Shown in pieces: positions 36,821-48,300 of a stretch of DNA of 64,000 nucleotides. Positions within the stretch are counted from its first letter, which is position 1; the number at the start of each line of letters is the position of its first letter. This stretch comes from Acidobacteriota bacterium (GTDB taxonomy: Bacteria; Acidobacteriota; UBA6911; RPQK01; CBDAPI01), in assembly GCA_965249245.1 (NCBI GenBank), contig CBDFLV010000006.1:1658327-1722326 (forward strand). Direction: 5' to 3'. A program made the translations under genes and the position numbers. A model generated the notes under the pieces. That model was not told where the DNA came from, did not search any database, and was given only the letters and a program-made list of their open reading frames with translations.

Positions 36821-36937
36821 ATGAAAGTCACTGCTGACATCTGTATTGTTCCTCTGGGCGTTGGGGTCAGCCTGTCGGGTTACATTGCCGCCTGTGAGAA
36901 GGTTCGTAGTGTCGAGAAACTCCTGCAAGAAAGCTGA
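36821..36937 (+). pseudogene. N-terminal stub of an MTH1187/YkoF-like thiamine-binding protein
   Basis: MKVTADICIVPLGVGVSLSGYIAACEKV matches the family start, then runs into the M23 gene region and stops at 38 aa. Confidence 0.65.
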
Positions 36938-37841
36938 GGCTTCCAGGGCGTGCTTCCGCTCGTTTTCGGCCACCCTCCAGATGGGGGTATTGGGCCTGTG
37001 GCTGGCAACGCCTTTACTGGGCGGCCATCCCGATTTCCTGGATCTCAGCGTCAAGCGCTATGCGCGCTCTCTGCAGCCGGGTGAGATCGTAAGGCTGACA
37101 GTCGAGTCCCCGAAGCCGCTGCTTAGCCTTGAGGCTCGGGTTTTCGAGCGTTCTTTCAGTGGTCAGCCGGACTCATCCTCTCTCGTCTGGAAGGTGCTGG
37201 TCGGTGTCGATCTGGACACTCCGCCGGGCGGTCAGGATATTGTGCTGGCAGGAACGTCGGAGAGCGGGGAAGATTTCTCACAAACCTACAGGCTGGTCAT
37301 CGAAGATAAGACGTTCCCAACTCGCCGTTTGACGGTCGACTCCAGGTATGTCGACCCTCCGGCTGATGTGCTGAAGAGGATCCGTGAAGAATCGCAGAGA
37401 ACCAGGCGCATCTTTGCGGCCATCACTTCATCCAGGCTCTGGGAGGTGCCTTTCACCGCCCCGGTTCCGGGATCCGCCAACAGCAGCTTCGGCAAGCGCA
37501 GCATTCTGAACGGTCAACCTCGCAGTCCCCACAGTGGAACTGATTTTTCGGGCCCGACCGGGACCCCTGTGGAGGCCCCCAACTCGGGGAGGGTAGTCCT
37601 GGTGGCTGACCTCTACTACTCGGGAAACACGGTCATCGTTGATCACGGTCTCGGTCTGTATTCTTACTTTGCACATCTGTCCAAAGCACTCGTCAGTGAG
37701 GGCCAGATTCTGGAGCAGGGAGATGTTCTGGGCGAGATCGGCGCGACCGGGCGAGTGACAGGACCACACCTGCACTGGGCGGTTCGCCTGAACCGAACCC
37801 GAGTTGATCCCCTGTCGCTGATCGCGGTTTCTGCAGAATAG
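36909..37841 (+). CDS. M23-family metallopeptidase (start uncertain, 36909 GTG or 36981 ATG)
   Basis: HSGTD, GNTVIVDHG, AHL, TGPHLHW motifs. Confidence 0.9.
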   Translation: MSRNSCKKAEASRACFRSFSATLQMGVLGLWLATPLLGGHPDFLDLSVKRYARSLQPGEIVRLTVESPKPLLSLEARVFERSFSGQPDSSSLVWKVLVGVDLDTPPGGQDIVLAGTSESGEDFSQTYRLVIEDKTFPTRRLTVDSRYVDPPADVLKRIREESQRTRRIFAAITSSRLWEVPFTAPVPGSANSSFGKRSILNGQPRSPHSGTDFSGPTGTPVEAPNSGRVVLVADLYYSGNTVIVDHGLGLYSYFAHLSKALVSEGQILEQGDVLGEIGATGRVTGPHLHWAVRLNRTRVDPLSLIAVSAE

Positions 37842-37896
37842 CCCAAAGTCGCGCGCTTTTGCGCGCTCGAATTGGAATTGAACAGGAAGGTTACTC

Positions 37897-39762
37897 TTGG
37901 AAAAGACGTTTTGTGAAAAACAACCATCGGAAGCCGGTGCGTCCCGTGACAGGTCGGCAGCGCAGGGCATTCGCTGGGATCTGAGCGATCTTTACGTCTC
38001 GCTCCAGGATCCCAATCTCAATCGGGATCAGGAGCAGGCCCGGGAACTGGCTTCCGCTTTTCGAAGCCGCTACGAAGGACAGATTCAGGCAGAGGTGATC
38101 ACCCCCACGTTGGTTGCCGATTCTCTCCGGGAATACGAGGAGCTTCTGGAAAAGGTCTGCAAGCCCATGGTCTATGCGCGGCTTCTCCACTCCGCTGATT
38201 CAAAGGAAGCCGAGCACGGAGCACTTCTGGCCGCCACTCACGAAGCCTTCACAGCCATCCAGACACGAGTCATGTTCTATGAACTCGACTGGATCGCTCT
38301 GCCTGATGAAGTGGCCGCCCGGATTGCGAGGAGTCCGGAATGTTCAAAATGGCGCCATTTCCTGGAGAAGATCCGAGTCTTCAAGCCCCACACCCTGACT
38401 GAACCGGAAGAGATCATTGTGGCGGAGAAGGGGGTAACCGGTCTTTCTGCCTTCTGCCGACTCTTTGACGAGATCACCAGTTCTGCGCAGTTCGAAGTCG
38501 AGGCAGACGGAGTCGTCCAGGAAATGACTCAGAGCGAGGCTCTGTCGCTTCTGTATCACCCCGACCGGAAAGCCCGGCAGGAAGCCCATCGAGGATTTAC
38601 GCGAGGACTGGAGAAGACGAGTCATCTGGCTACTTTTATTTTGAACACCACGGTGAAAGACCATGCGGTGGATTGCCGTTTGAGGAAGTACGCGAATCCG
38701 GCCGAGGCCCGCCACCTGGCCAATGAGATCAGTCGTCAGAGCTTCGAGAGTCTGCTTGCAGCCGTGGAGAACCGGGCACATATTCTTCGGGACTACTACC
38801 TGTTGAAACGCCGGCTTCTGGGGGTGGAGAAACTGTACGATTACGATCGGTACGCCCCTGTCGAAGTCCAGGGTGTATCCCTTCCCACCTGCGACTGGAA
38901 GGAAGCAAGACGCGTGGTCCGGGATTCCTATCATCAATTCAGCCCCCAACTGGGCGACATCGTGGACCGGTTTCTGAGCAGTGGCTGGGTCGACGCTGAG
39001 ACCCGTCCCGGGAAGCGAGGGGGTGCCTTCTGCAGCGCCGCCGTGCCTTCGGTTCATCCTTACATTCTCGTCAACTTTGGCGGGAAGCTGAATGACGCCA
39101 TGACCCTGGCCCATGAACTAGGGCATGGAGTCCATCAGTTCCTTTCCAGACGTCATGGAATACTGCAGGTCAACACACCGCTCACGCTGGCCGAGACGGC
39201 CAGTGTTTTCGGTGAGATGCTTGTCTTCGATCGCCTGGTGCAGGAACAGGATGATCCACGTGCGAGGCTCGCCCTGCTGTGTCACAAGCTGGAAGATTCC
39301 TTCGCCACAGTTTTTCGTCAGATGGTCTTGACCCGTTTCGAGCAGAGGGTCCATCAGGCACGGGGCGGGAAGGAACTTTCTACCAGCGATATTGATCAGA
39401 TCTGGATGGATGCGAATGCTCCGCTGCACGGCGACGCCGTGGAACTGACTCCCGAGTACAGTCGCTGGTGGACCTATATCGGCCACTTTGTCCACCTGCC
39501 CTTTTATTGTTATGCCTATTCCTTCGGGGAGTTGCTGGTACTGGCACTGTGGAACCAGTTCCGTCGGGAGGGGGAGAGTTTTGTCCCCCGATACCTGGAA
39601 TTGTTGAGTGCGGGAGGCACGGAAACTCCCGAGATCCTGATTGATCGGGTCGGGCTACAATTGAACGACCCGGGATTCTGGAATTCAGGCCTGGATATTC
39701 TGGCCGAGATGCTGGCGGATGCTGAAAGGACGGCGGCTGCGGTTCTCGGGAAAGAAGATTAG
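37897..39762 (+). CDS. M3B oligoendopeptidase F-like peptidase
   Basis: WDLSDLY, GKRGGAF, AHELGH, ETAS, HF...FYCYAYSFG motifs. Confidence 0.92.
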   Translation: MEKTFCEKQPSEAGASRDRSAAQGIRWDLSDLYVSLQDPNLNRDQEQARELASAFRSRYEGQIQAEVITPTLVADSLREYEELLEKVCKPMVYARLLHSADSKEAEHGALLAATHEAFTAIQTRVMFYELDWIALPDEVAARIARSPECSKWRHFLEKIRVFKPHTLTEPEEIIVAEKGVTGLSAFCRLFDEITSSAQFEVEADGVVQEMTQSEALSLLYHPDRKARQEAHRGFTRGLEKTSHLATFILNTTVKDHAVDCRLRKYANPAEARHLANEISRQSFESLLAAVENRAHILRDYYLLKRRLLGVEKLYDYDRYAPVEVQGVSLPTCDWKEARRVVRDSYHQFSPQLGDIVDRFLSSGWVDAETRPGKRGGAFCSAAVPSVHPYILVNFGGKLNDAMTLAHELGHGVHQFLSRRHGILQVNTPLTLAETASVFGEMLVFDRLVQEQDDPRARLALLCHKLEDSFATVFRQMVLTRFEQRVHQARGGKELSTSDIDQIWMDANAPLHGDAVELTPEYSRWWTYIGHFVHLPFYCYAYSFGELLVLALWNQFRREGESFVPRYLELLSAGGTETPEILIDRVGLQLNDPGFWNSGLDILAEMLADAERTAAAVLGKED

Positions 39763-39773
39763 AAAACCGGCTC

Positions 39774-41147
39774 CTACGAACGCGCCTTCTCGAGCCGGCG
39801 TGCCACCAGCAGGGCAATCTCGAGGGCCTGCTCATAGTTGAGGCGGGGATCGACCTGGGTCCGATAGGCGCGTCCCAGATCAGCCTCTGTCAGTCCCCGG
39901 AGACCTCCCACGCACTCGGTGACGTCCTCGCCCGTTAACTCGACATGCAGTCCTCCCAGTCGAGATCCGAGTCCTTCGTGAATGTCAAAGGCCTGGTCCA
40001 CTTCCGAGCGTATACGATTGAAGTCACGAGTCTTGTAGCCATTTGCCGTGGGTACCGTATTCCCGTGCATGGGATCGCAGGACCAGAGAACGATGTGTCC
40101 TGACTTCCGAACGGCACGCACCAGCGCTGGCAGATGTTTTTCGATCTTGTCGTCTCCGAACCGATGGATCAACGTAATCCGCCCAGCTTCGTTCTGCGGA
40201 TTGAGCCGGTCGATCAGGGCGATCAGATTCTCCGGTTCGGAGGTCGGCCCGATCTTGATTCCGATCGGATTCGAGATTCCTCTAAAGTACTCAACATGGG
40301 CGCTGTTGAGTTTCCTGGTGCGGTCTCCGATCCAGGGAAAGTGGGTTGTCAGATCGAACCACTTTTCGACTCTGGGAATAAACCTGGTCTGGGCCTGTTC
40401 GTAGTGGAGATGCAGCCCCTCATGGCTGGTGTAAAAGTCCACTCGCCGTACTTTTCCAACCACGGTTCCGGCCAGTGTTTCGAAGAACTTGAGGGAGTCG
40501 CTCAACGACTTGACGCGTTCCTGGTAGCGAGATGCCCGGGGTGAGAGCTTGACGAAGTCCAGCTCCCAGTACTCCGGATGGTGGAGGTCCGCGAATCCGC
40601 CGTCACTCAGTGACCGGATGAAGTTGAGCGTAAGGGCAGCCCGTTCGTATCCTCGCAGCAGAAGCTGTGGATTGGGCCGGCGGTCCTCCTTCGTGAAGGG
40701 GAGGCGGTTGACCAGGTCGCCCCGGTAACTGGGGAGGCTGACGCCATCCTGTGTTTCCATGTCCTGGGACCTGGGCTTGGCAAACTGTCCGGCTAGACGG
40801 CTCACCCGGATCACCTGCTTCTGGGCTCCGTGGATCAGGACCAGGCTCATCTGAAGCAGAATCTTCAGCTTGATTGCAATAATTGGCGACTCGCAATCTT
40901 CGAAGCTTTCCGAACAATCCCCCCCTTGAAGAAGGAACTGTTTGCCCAGGGCGGCTTCTGCCAGTTGTTCCTTGAGAGTCTCAATTTCCCAGCTCGTGAC
41001 CAGTGGTGGGAGCTTGGCCAATTGCTCGACGACCTCAGTCAGGCTGCGCTGGTCTTGGTAGACAGGCTGTTGCTCGGCTAGCTTGGTTTTCCAGCTGGAA
41101 GGGCTCCACTGCTCGCTTGCAGCCGGCTTTCCAATCGGCTCCGACAT
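39774..41147 (-). CDS. Class II DAHP synthase
   Basis: LQGGDCSE, RLAGQFAKPRS, YTSHEGL, WIGDRT, CDPMHGNT, DPRLN motifs. Confidence 0.93.
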   Translation of the reverse strand: MSEPIGKPAASEQWSPSSWKTKLAEQQPVYQDQRSLTEVVEQLAKLPPLVTSWEIETLKEQLAEAALGKQFLLQGGDCSESFEDCESPIIAIKLKILLQMSLVLIHGAQKQVIRVSRLAGQFAKPRSQDMETQDGVSLPSYRGDLVNRLPFTKEDRRPNPQLLLRGYERAALTLNFIRSLSDGGFADLHHPEYWELDFVKLSPRASRYQERVKSLSDSLKFFETLAGTVVGKVRRVDFYTSHEGLHLHYEQAQTRFIPRVEKWFDLTTHFPWIGDRTRKLNSAHVEYFRGISNPIGIKIGPTSEPENLIALIDRLNPQNEAGRITLIHRFGDDKIEKHLPALVRAVRKSGHIVLWSCDPMHGNTVPTANGYKTRDFNRIRSEVDQAFDIHEGLGSRLGGLHVELTGEDVTECVGGLRGLTEADLGRAYRTQVDPRLNYEQALEIALLVARRLEKARS

Positions 41148-41209
41148 CGGTATCTATCCGGTTGTGACAGTGGCCCATCATACCAGACATCTCGCACTCG
41201 AAGTGTCAA

Positions 41210-41466
41210 CGTTCCAACGTTCCAGGGTTCCAGGGTTTCAAGTTGGCGCGGCTCATTGATCGCACTCGCTGCGCTCGCGCTGTTCCAAGTTGCAAGTTCC
41301 AGGTTCCTCGTTGGCGCGCTCATTGCATTCGCGCCTCTGTCTGCTCGGCGACGGGACAGTTCCTCTTCGGGACCAGCCTGCAGGCGGTGAGGAAATCCGA
41401 CAATCAAGGAAACCGCAGAGGCAGGAACGAAGTGACTGCGCGTTGGAACTTTGGAACCTTGGAACC
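41210..41466. repeat. Cluster of GTTCCAR 7/8-mer arrays: 41210-41241 and 41282-41309 direct, 41443-41466 inverted
   Basis: Read directly; intergenic, between the membrane-protein gene and DAHP synthase. Confidence 0.88.
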
Positions 41467-41473
41467 GTCCCCA

Positions 41474-41767
41474 CTACCACGAAGAGACGATCAGGATTAG
41501 AATCACCGTCGTCAGCCACAGGAAGAAGCAAATGGAAGAGACCATCGCCAACTGGGAGCGCGGCAGTTCGGGAAGCCTGGCCTTCACGTAGAACATGAGC
41601 GCGTTGGGGGGGACAAGAAACAGCAGTCCTATGGACAGTGGCGGCACAAGTGTTGATTCAGTGAGGACCAGAGCTACCATCAAAAGGAGCAACAGCAGCA
41701 GTACACCTCCGATCAGAAACACGCCCTGTGAGGCTTTGAACCAGACTGGAAGTTGAAGGGCACTCAT
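41474..41767 (-). CDS. Small hypothetical membrane protein
   Basis: 97 aa, about three hydrophobic segments; ATG 41767. Confidence 0.6.
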   Translation of the reverse strand: MSALQLPVWFKASQGVFLIGGVLLLLLLLMVALVLTESTLVPPLSIGLLFLVPPNALMFYVKARLPELPRSQLAMVSSICFFLWLTTVILILIVSSW

Positions 41768-41909
41768 TTTGATTGCCAGATTGACCCCCGGGACAGCAGC
41801 CTTGTTGTGGCTCCAGCTCCGGGCAACCTCATCATAACCTCTCGGTGTGAAACGGGTTTGAAACAGCGCCCCGACCGGGGGGAGTGGGAGATCCAGGTTC
41901 TCGTTAGAA

Positions 41910-44900
41910 TTAAACCCGCACCAGATAGGGTCTGACGCTCTGGCCGGTCGTCTCCCCGAGGGCCAGCGCATACCATTGGATCTGGTTGCTGTATTCCGCA
42001 AGGTGATCCTCAAACTCGGCTGCGGTCTTGAAATCGATCAGGGTCCATTTGTCGGAGGAGAGATAAGCAAGATCAATCGTTCCTTCCACGAGTCGGTCGC
42101 CATCCAGGCGGTGAGTGATCGGGTACTCTCTGAGGCAGCGTTCTGCCTGAACGGCGCGCGCCACCAGATCATCCTCGAGAACCCTGCCGACTGTCTGGAT
42201 CGCCTGCTCGAGTTCCGAGTCCCTGGCCCGCATGACGCGGGCGTGGAAGCGGGCGAGCTTTTCCAGGTCCTGATGGGAGGCCTGGAAGGGTATGTCCCGC
42301 AGTAGTGTGTGCACAAGAACGCCGAATCTCCTACCCCGGGCAGCCGTGGAATCCAGCAGGTTATGGACAATCACTTCGTACTCCCTGGGGGGAGGTGTGT
42401 CCACATCGCTCGGACGGATGATCGTCAGCGATGTCCGGGCCCCGGTCAGGAGAGCCTCCTCTCGTTTGGCTTTCCAGCTCTGGTAGCGTTTCTGGCCCTC
42501 CGCAGAGCCTGCCTCGTCATGAACCAGAACCTCTTCGTCGCGGAGCCCCTGATTCGGAGCTACGTTGAGTTTGAGAGCAGCCGGGTCCCACCACAGAACC
42601 CTGTGGGTCCCCTTGAGGGGCCGGTGAAGGCCCGGCTTGATCAAGGGCAGGGCAATTCCATCTCGATTGATGGGAGGCAGAATGGCCGTCCGGTCGCCGA
42701 AGTCGGGGCACTCGGGAGGGGGAGGGGCCGGCTCATACCAGGAGTCCCGCTGCGGGTAGATGGCGGGATTGAGCGGTGAAATCCAGCCCCCGGTGTAGTA
42801 GTCGGGTCCCACCCCAACCGCCGGGACCACCAGCATCTCCCTCGCCCGCGTGGCCGCAACGTAGGCGATACGTTCTCCTTCTGCGACGTCTCTTCCGTAT
42901 TCGAGGTCCCGATTCTCGACGAGTTCCCACGGCTGGCAGAATAGCAGAGACTGAGCGCACAGAGAGTTTTCCTGATCCACATGCTGCGAGGGATAGGGCG
43001 AGGCGATCTTGACGGTCATGTCCGCCAGAAGGATGACGGGGGACTCCAGTCCCTTTGCGGAGTGCAGGGTCATCAGCCGGACACCGTCTGCCGCTTCCTC
43101 CAGTACGGGTGAGTCGACGGAGCGGGGTTTTTCGGCTTCGTCGATCAGGAAATCGACAAAGCCTCGAAAAGACAATCCCCCGCTGAGCTCATAACTCCGT
43201 GCCAGGTCGCAGATCCTTTGCACGTTGGCCAGAACCTGTTCTCCGGTCGGTCGCAGAGCCAGCCCGGCATGGGCCCGGCAGAACTCCAGAATTCGGTTGA
43301 TGGTGTCGACGATGGGCCGGCGATTCCGGGTGTGGTGCAGCTCTGCCAGCAACTGGAGAATCGCAGCAATCTCGGCGAAGTCGGCAGGGATGTTCTCCTG
43401 CTGGTGATGGAAAGGATGCAGGTTTCCAATCTTCCTGCGAAACGCGAGTAGTTGCCCATCATCGACTGCAAACAGAGACCCTCGCAGGGTGGCAAAGACA
43501 TTCAGTTCGTCATCCGGCCACTCGACGGCAGTCAGCGCGGCGCGGATGCTTTCTACTTCTTCACGCTGATGGAAGGTTCGGGATCCCACCAGCAGGTGGG
43601 TGATGCCGCGGGCGTCCAGTGCCCGGATATAGGGCCGGGTGATGTCTCGATCGAGGGAGATGAAGCGCCGGAAGAGGAAGGTGATGTGGCGGGCTTCGAT
43701 GGGGATTCTCCGGCCCGGGTTCTCTGGATCCTGCACCTCCCATGGCTTCTCATCGAGAAGCCAGCCGACAAAAGCGGCCGCTGCATCTGGAAAGGTAGAC
43801 TGAAACGACTTGTGAGTGATTTGGCCGGCCCAGATGCGGGGTTCCGGGATGGGGAGGGCAACCACCTCCGGAGGACCCTTGCCAACTCCGCTGATCAGAG
43901 TGACATTGTCTGCGTCTTGAGGGGACCGAAGAGGCACGTAGTGGGGCTGAACCCGCTTCGTATCCCCGTCGAACACCAGCTCAAAGGAAGCGTTGATGGC
44001 TTTTTGCAGTGGTTGAACCGATCTGAAATTGGTCTGCAGGTGGAGGAGGCGAACTCCGGACTCCGTCAGGATCTTCTTGACTTCCCCGTAGAGTTGAACG
44101 TCCGCCCGTCGGAAACGGTAAATCGACTGCTTCGGATCACCGACAATGAAGAGCTGTCCTCCGGAGATCTGTACCTTGCGCCAGTCGCTCTCCCCGGTGT
44201 TGGAGGCGGCAAGGAGGAGCAGAATCTCCACCTGAAGTGGATCCGTGTCCTGAAACTCGTCGACAAAAATGTGAGTGAACCTTGAGTTGAGATGCTCCCT
44301 GACGTCCGGATAGTCACGCACCAGGTCACGTACCTTGACCAGCAGATCGACGAAATCGACCCGGCCCAGTTGCCTCTTGACCTCCAGGTATTCCCCGATC
44401 ACTGACTCGAAGGTCGGGCGCAGGGACGCTGCCAGGTCGGCGTCGGCCCTTTCCTTGAAGCCTTCCAGCAGCGAAATCAGTTCTTCGCGCATGCGCAGGG
44501 CATCCTCACGGGAGACCTCGTCGGAGAATTTGCCGTAGCCCTTTCGCTTGTTTCGGGTCAAATCGTGAAGCAACTCGATGCTGAGGCGAGCCTCCAATTC
44601 GTCATAGTCGCGACTGCTGAGAGTTCTGGAAGGTCGCAGATCCACCGATCGCTGGAGGTCGTCTACGAAGCGTCTCAGGGGTTTCAGGTCGAAGCGCAGG
44701 TTGTCTCTTGGATTCGAGCACTTCTCACTGGCAACGGCGAGCTCTATCGCCTTTTTGAGAAGGTCCGTAATCTCCCGATTGCGGTTGAAGGTCCGGATCT
44801 CCCAGGGCTGGGTAAAGTCACGTCGCTCAACCAGTCTCCAGGCTTCATCCCGGAGCCTGTCCAGGGGGCCAAGCTGTCCGCTCCTGCGGACACTCAATCT

Positions 44901-45395
44901 TGCCAGTGCCCGGCTCAAGGCGGTGGGCATCTCATTCAACTTCCGTTCAATCCATGATTTGAACACCCGGTTGAACAGACGCGGAGCTTCAGTTTCGGAA
45001 AGCTCCTGAAAGTCGGGATCAATCTGGGCTTCCACGGGGCGCTCCCGGAGGATCTCCGCACAGAAAGAATGAATGGTTCCAACCCGAGCCTCCTCCAATG
45101 AGGCGATGGCCGCTTCGATGTTCCGCAAAGCGTCTGCATCGGGCGCTTCCTGGCGCGCTGTCTCGAGTTCATGGCGAAGCCGCAGTTTCAGTTCGCCGGC
45201 TGCCTTGCGCGTGAAAGTGACGGCGACAATCTTGTCTACTTCCACTTTTCCGGACTGCAGAAGAGCCACCAGTCGGTGCACTAACACCGTCGTTTTGCCG
45301 GTGCCGGCTGCTGCCTCGACCAGGAAGCTCTCATCCAGATTGGTTGTGATTTCCTCGCGTTGCGCCCCGTCAACTAGATTCGGTTGACTCGACAT
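41910..45395 (-). CDS. addA: AddA-like UvrD helicase-nuclease
   Basis: AAAGTGKT, TFTRKAA, VDEFQD, VGDPKQSIYRFR, TLHSAKGLE, YVAATRA, C-terminal GTID...IDFK. Confidence 0.9.
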   Translation of the reverse strand: MSSQPNLVDGAQREEITTNLDESFLVEAAAGTGKTTVLVHRLVALLQSGKVEVDKIVAVTFTRKAAGELKLRLRHELETARQEAPDADALRNIEAAIASLEEARVGTIHSFCAEILRERPVEAQIDPDFQELSETEAPRLFNRVFKSWIERKLNEMPTALSRALARLSVRRSGQLGPLDRLRDEAWRLVERRDFTQPWEIRTFNRNREITDLLKKAIELAVASEKCSNPRDNLRFDLKPLRRFVDDLQRSVDLRPSRTLSSRDYDELEARLSIELLHDLTRNKRKGYGKFSDEVSREDALRMREELISLLEGFKERADADLAASLRPTFESVIGEYLEVKRQLGRVDFVDLLVKVRDLVRDYPDVREHLNSRFTHIFVDEFQDTDPLQVEILLLLAASNTGESDWRKVQISGGQLFIVGDPKQSIYRFRRADVQLYGEVKKILTESGVRLLHLQTNFRSVQPLQKAINASFELVFDGDTKRVQPHYVPLRSPQDADNVTLISGVGKGPPEVVALPIPEPRIWAGQITHKSFQSTFPDAAAAFVGWLLDEKPWEVQDPENPGRRIPIEARHITFLFRRFISLDRDITRPYIRALDARGITHLLVGSRTFHQREEVESIRAALTAVEWPDDELNVFATLRGSLFAVDDGQLLAFRRKIGNLHPFHHQQENIPADFAEIAAILQLLAELHHTRNRRPIVDTINRILEFCRAHAGLALRPTGEQVLANVQRICDLARSYELSGGLSFRGFVDFLIDEAEKPRSVDSPVLEEAADGVRLMTLHSAKGLESPVILLADMTVKIASPYPSQHVDQENSLCAQSLLFCQPWELVENRDLEYGRDVAEGERIAYVAATRAREMLVVPAVGVGPDYYTGGWISPLNPAIYPQRDSWYEPAPPPPECPDFGDRTAILPPINRDGIALPLIKPGLHRPLKGTHRVLWWDPAALKLNVAPNQGLRDEEVLVHDEAGSAEGQKRYQSWKAKREEALLTGARTSLTIIRPSDVDTPPPREYEVIVHNLLDSTAARGRRFGVLVHTLLRDIPFQASHQDLEKLARFHARVMRARDSELEQAIQTVGRVLEDDLVARAVQAERCLREYPITHRLDGDRLVEGTIDLAYLSSDKWTLIDFKTAAEFEDHLAEYSNQIQWYALALGETTGQSVRPYLVRV

Positions 45396-48300
45396 CACGG
45401 AAGTCTCCTCAACTCGTTCAAATCAGCAAGACGGCTTTCCTCCTTACGCCGGATCCGAATCTCTTCGTAAGGGCCGCATACGGACTGAAAGTCACAGAAC
45501 TTGCACGCGTTATGGCGAGGAGCAGCCGGGAGAAAGGCCTTTTCCAGGTTCCGGTCGATTGTTTCCAGCACCTGCTTGAGTTTGGCGCAGGTTCCCGAGT
45601 TAATGGAGACGATCCGACGCTGGTATTCTCCTCGCCGGGTACAATAAAAAAGCTGACCGTATTCCACCTCTTCATCCAGCAATTGCTCCGCTGCCAGACC
45701 GTAAATGATGGGCTGGAGAACCTCACCGCCACCCACTTCCAGGCGCTGCCCACCGGCCAACCGGAGGGGTCTACCGGTCTTGTGGTCGGTTACGCGGACG
45801 GCCGTCTTGTCGTTCGCAGGTATGGTCTCGACCAGATCGATGGAACCGCGGAGCCGGATCCCGTTGAGGATTCGGACGTCCCGGGTCGTGCTGGCGGGGT
45901 CCCGGTCCGGGTCTTCAGGAAGCCCAAAGGCCAGTTCGAAGTGAGCCGGGATCCAGGCCTCACCTCCTCTGGACATTTCGCGAAGCCATCCCCGCAGGTC
46001 AGTTAAGAGCTCCTCCATTTCGCTTTCCCATATCCGGGGAATTGCCGGAGCCAGGTTTTCCTTCATTGAACCGGAGACATCTGAGAAAACCGAGTCCAGC
46101 CTGTCCATTGACGCGGTCTCGGATTCGCGTGTCACCGGGAGCAGGCCCTCTTCTCGAAGTTGCGAAAGGAACCGGAACTGCACCTCATGAAAGAGAGATC
46201 CCCGAGTCAGTGGATCCAGTTGCTGAAGGGCAACCGGTTCTTCTCTCACTCGGAGTCGCTGGATGGCGTACAGAAAGAACTTGTACGGGCAGACTGCGTA
46301 CTGCTGCAGCGAAGTTGGCGAATAGCTTCTTTCCCGCAGCCGCTCACCCTGGAGTATCTCGGCGACCTCCGGGCTCGGGTCCACGAGTCCATCAGCCGGG
46401 TAGAACCTGCGCCGCCAGCGACCTGCCCGGGCCCGCAAAGCGCGCGCCAGGTGGGGGTTGCTCTTGAGTAGAAACTGGGCTCGGCCCCGGCGACCCCTGG
46501 GTCCAAGCCGCAGCATGGGGTGGAGGAGAGCCAGGTCGAATTCGGTATCATCAATGGCAGCAGCGGGTTCCATGGGAGCCGGCCAGCCGAGGCGACTCGA
46601 GGAGGTTTCAGCAGCCAGTTTCTCCAGGCCACGGAGGTCGGGAAGTACTCCGTTGACCGCCCGCAGAATGTCGAGGGCGTAGAAGGATGGGACGCGAGAT
46701 CGCCCCTGTGCAACGTCGATTCTGGGGTAGGAGACCACCAGTCGCCGGACAGCGGTGGCCACGGCAACTCGTAGCAGCAGTCTCTCCTCGGCCCTTCTGC
46801 GAGTCAGAACTGGTGAGATTCCAAGGCTCTCACGATGCCGGTCCAGCAGCAGGGGGTCCTCCAGCGCCTTCCTGGGGAAAATACCCTCAGCCAGAGCCGG
46901 CAGGAAAACCAGATCGAAGGAACGACCCCACAGTTCTGCGATGCTGGCTACCGTGACCTGCCCATAGCGGTTCGGTGGCGGGTCTTCCCGAAGCAGGGTC
47001 AGACGTTCCCCGAGAACGCGGCGAACCTCGTCCAGTCCAACCGGCTCGATTTCGCCCATTGGCTTCAGCTCGGCCAGTACCGAGCGGACCGATTCGGGAT
47101 GCTTCAGTGCCCGAACCGAAATCTCTTCGAGCCTGGTGAGCCACCGGCTCCAGCTGGTTTCCGCGGGCAGGCGATCGAGAAGACCAATCAGCGGGAGGGA
47201 GAATGACTTCAGATTCTTGAGCAGGAATAGTTTCTGCTGGAGATGTTGCCTGGTGCGGGCACTCTCAGAGGCGACTTCTCTGATCTGAAGCCTGAGTTCG
47301 CTCTCGAGTCCCTGCAGCCTTCGTTTCCACCGATCCCTGCCCCCAATGACGGCGGCGTCCACCAGCAGGCGTTCCCACCGTTCCGGCGCTCTCAGGCTTC
47401 CTGCGGCATCCCTTGAATCTTCCGAAAACGGTTCCAGAGCGAATGCCGGTTCCGCATCGGCGGGTGGAAGGAAGGTCTTGAAACAGAGCTGGTCATCCTG
47501 AGGTTCCACCCACTCGAGCTCTCGGGCCTTCTCCTGATCCTCAGACTGGGGAGGGATCTGGGCCAGTGACAGATACTCCGCGAAGCGGGTTGCCGAAAGA
47601 CCCTCGGCAGCACACTCCAGGAGCGCCAGAAAGGCTCTGCCGGCCGGATCGGGTCTGCGCGTGCCTCTGGTGAAGTAGGCGGGAATCCCGGCCCGCCGAA
47701 ACGCATCCTCCAGCAGAGGCAGATAGCCCTCAGGACTCCGGAGGGCGACCGCCATCTGGTCGAACCGAACGCCCTGGTCAGCCGCCAGCCGAATTCGCCG
47801 GGCAATCTCTACACTCTCGCGGCTTTCTCCAGGCGCCGAGAAGAACTCAAACGATGTTGTGTCATGTTCGGTAGTGGATCGAGGAGGATCGCTGGCGGAA
47901 AAAAGATAGGATCGAAGCCTTGCGAGACGATTCACGGTGTCAGGCTGGTCTACCTGGCGAGGTGTCGTCCTCAGAAGGCTCGAAAAGAGCTCGATTCCTT
48001 CCCGGTCGGAATCGAGAGTCACGGCCAGGGCCTGGGGAGCCTGCTCAGCCAGAGCGGAAACAAATCGTGCTTCCAGGGAATGGCGCGGTCGAAGGTGATA
48101 GAAGAGGATGGGAATCTCTGCGGGGAGCGCTGCCCGTTTCTCCAGGTTCTGAAGGGCCAGCTGATAGGTCAGGCAGGAGTCGGCCAGGCCGTCGTCCAGC
48201 AGATAGCTCTCGAACCGAAGACCCAGCCCACTCAAGTCCCGCCCAGCCGCACCCAGCGCCTCGAGGCTCGCCAGATCAGTTTCTTGAAGGCGCAGCTCGA

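Noticed and set aside
45395-45900. Fe-S PD-(D/E)XK domain as Cas4 or a defence nuclease
   Set aside because: It is the C-terminus of a 1091-aa protein coupled to an AddA-like helicase, i.e. ordinary AddB.
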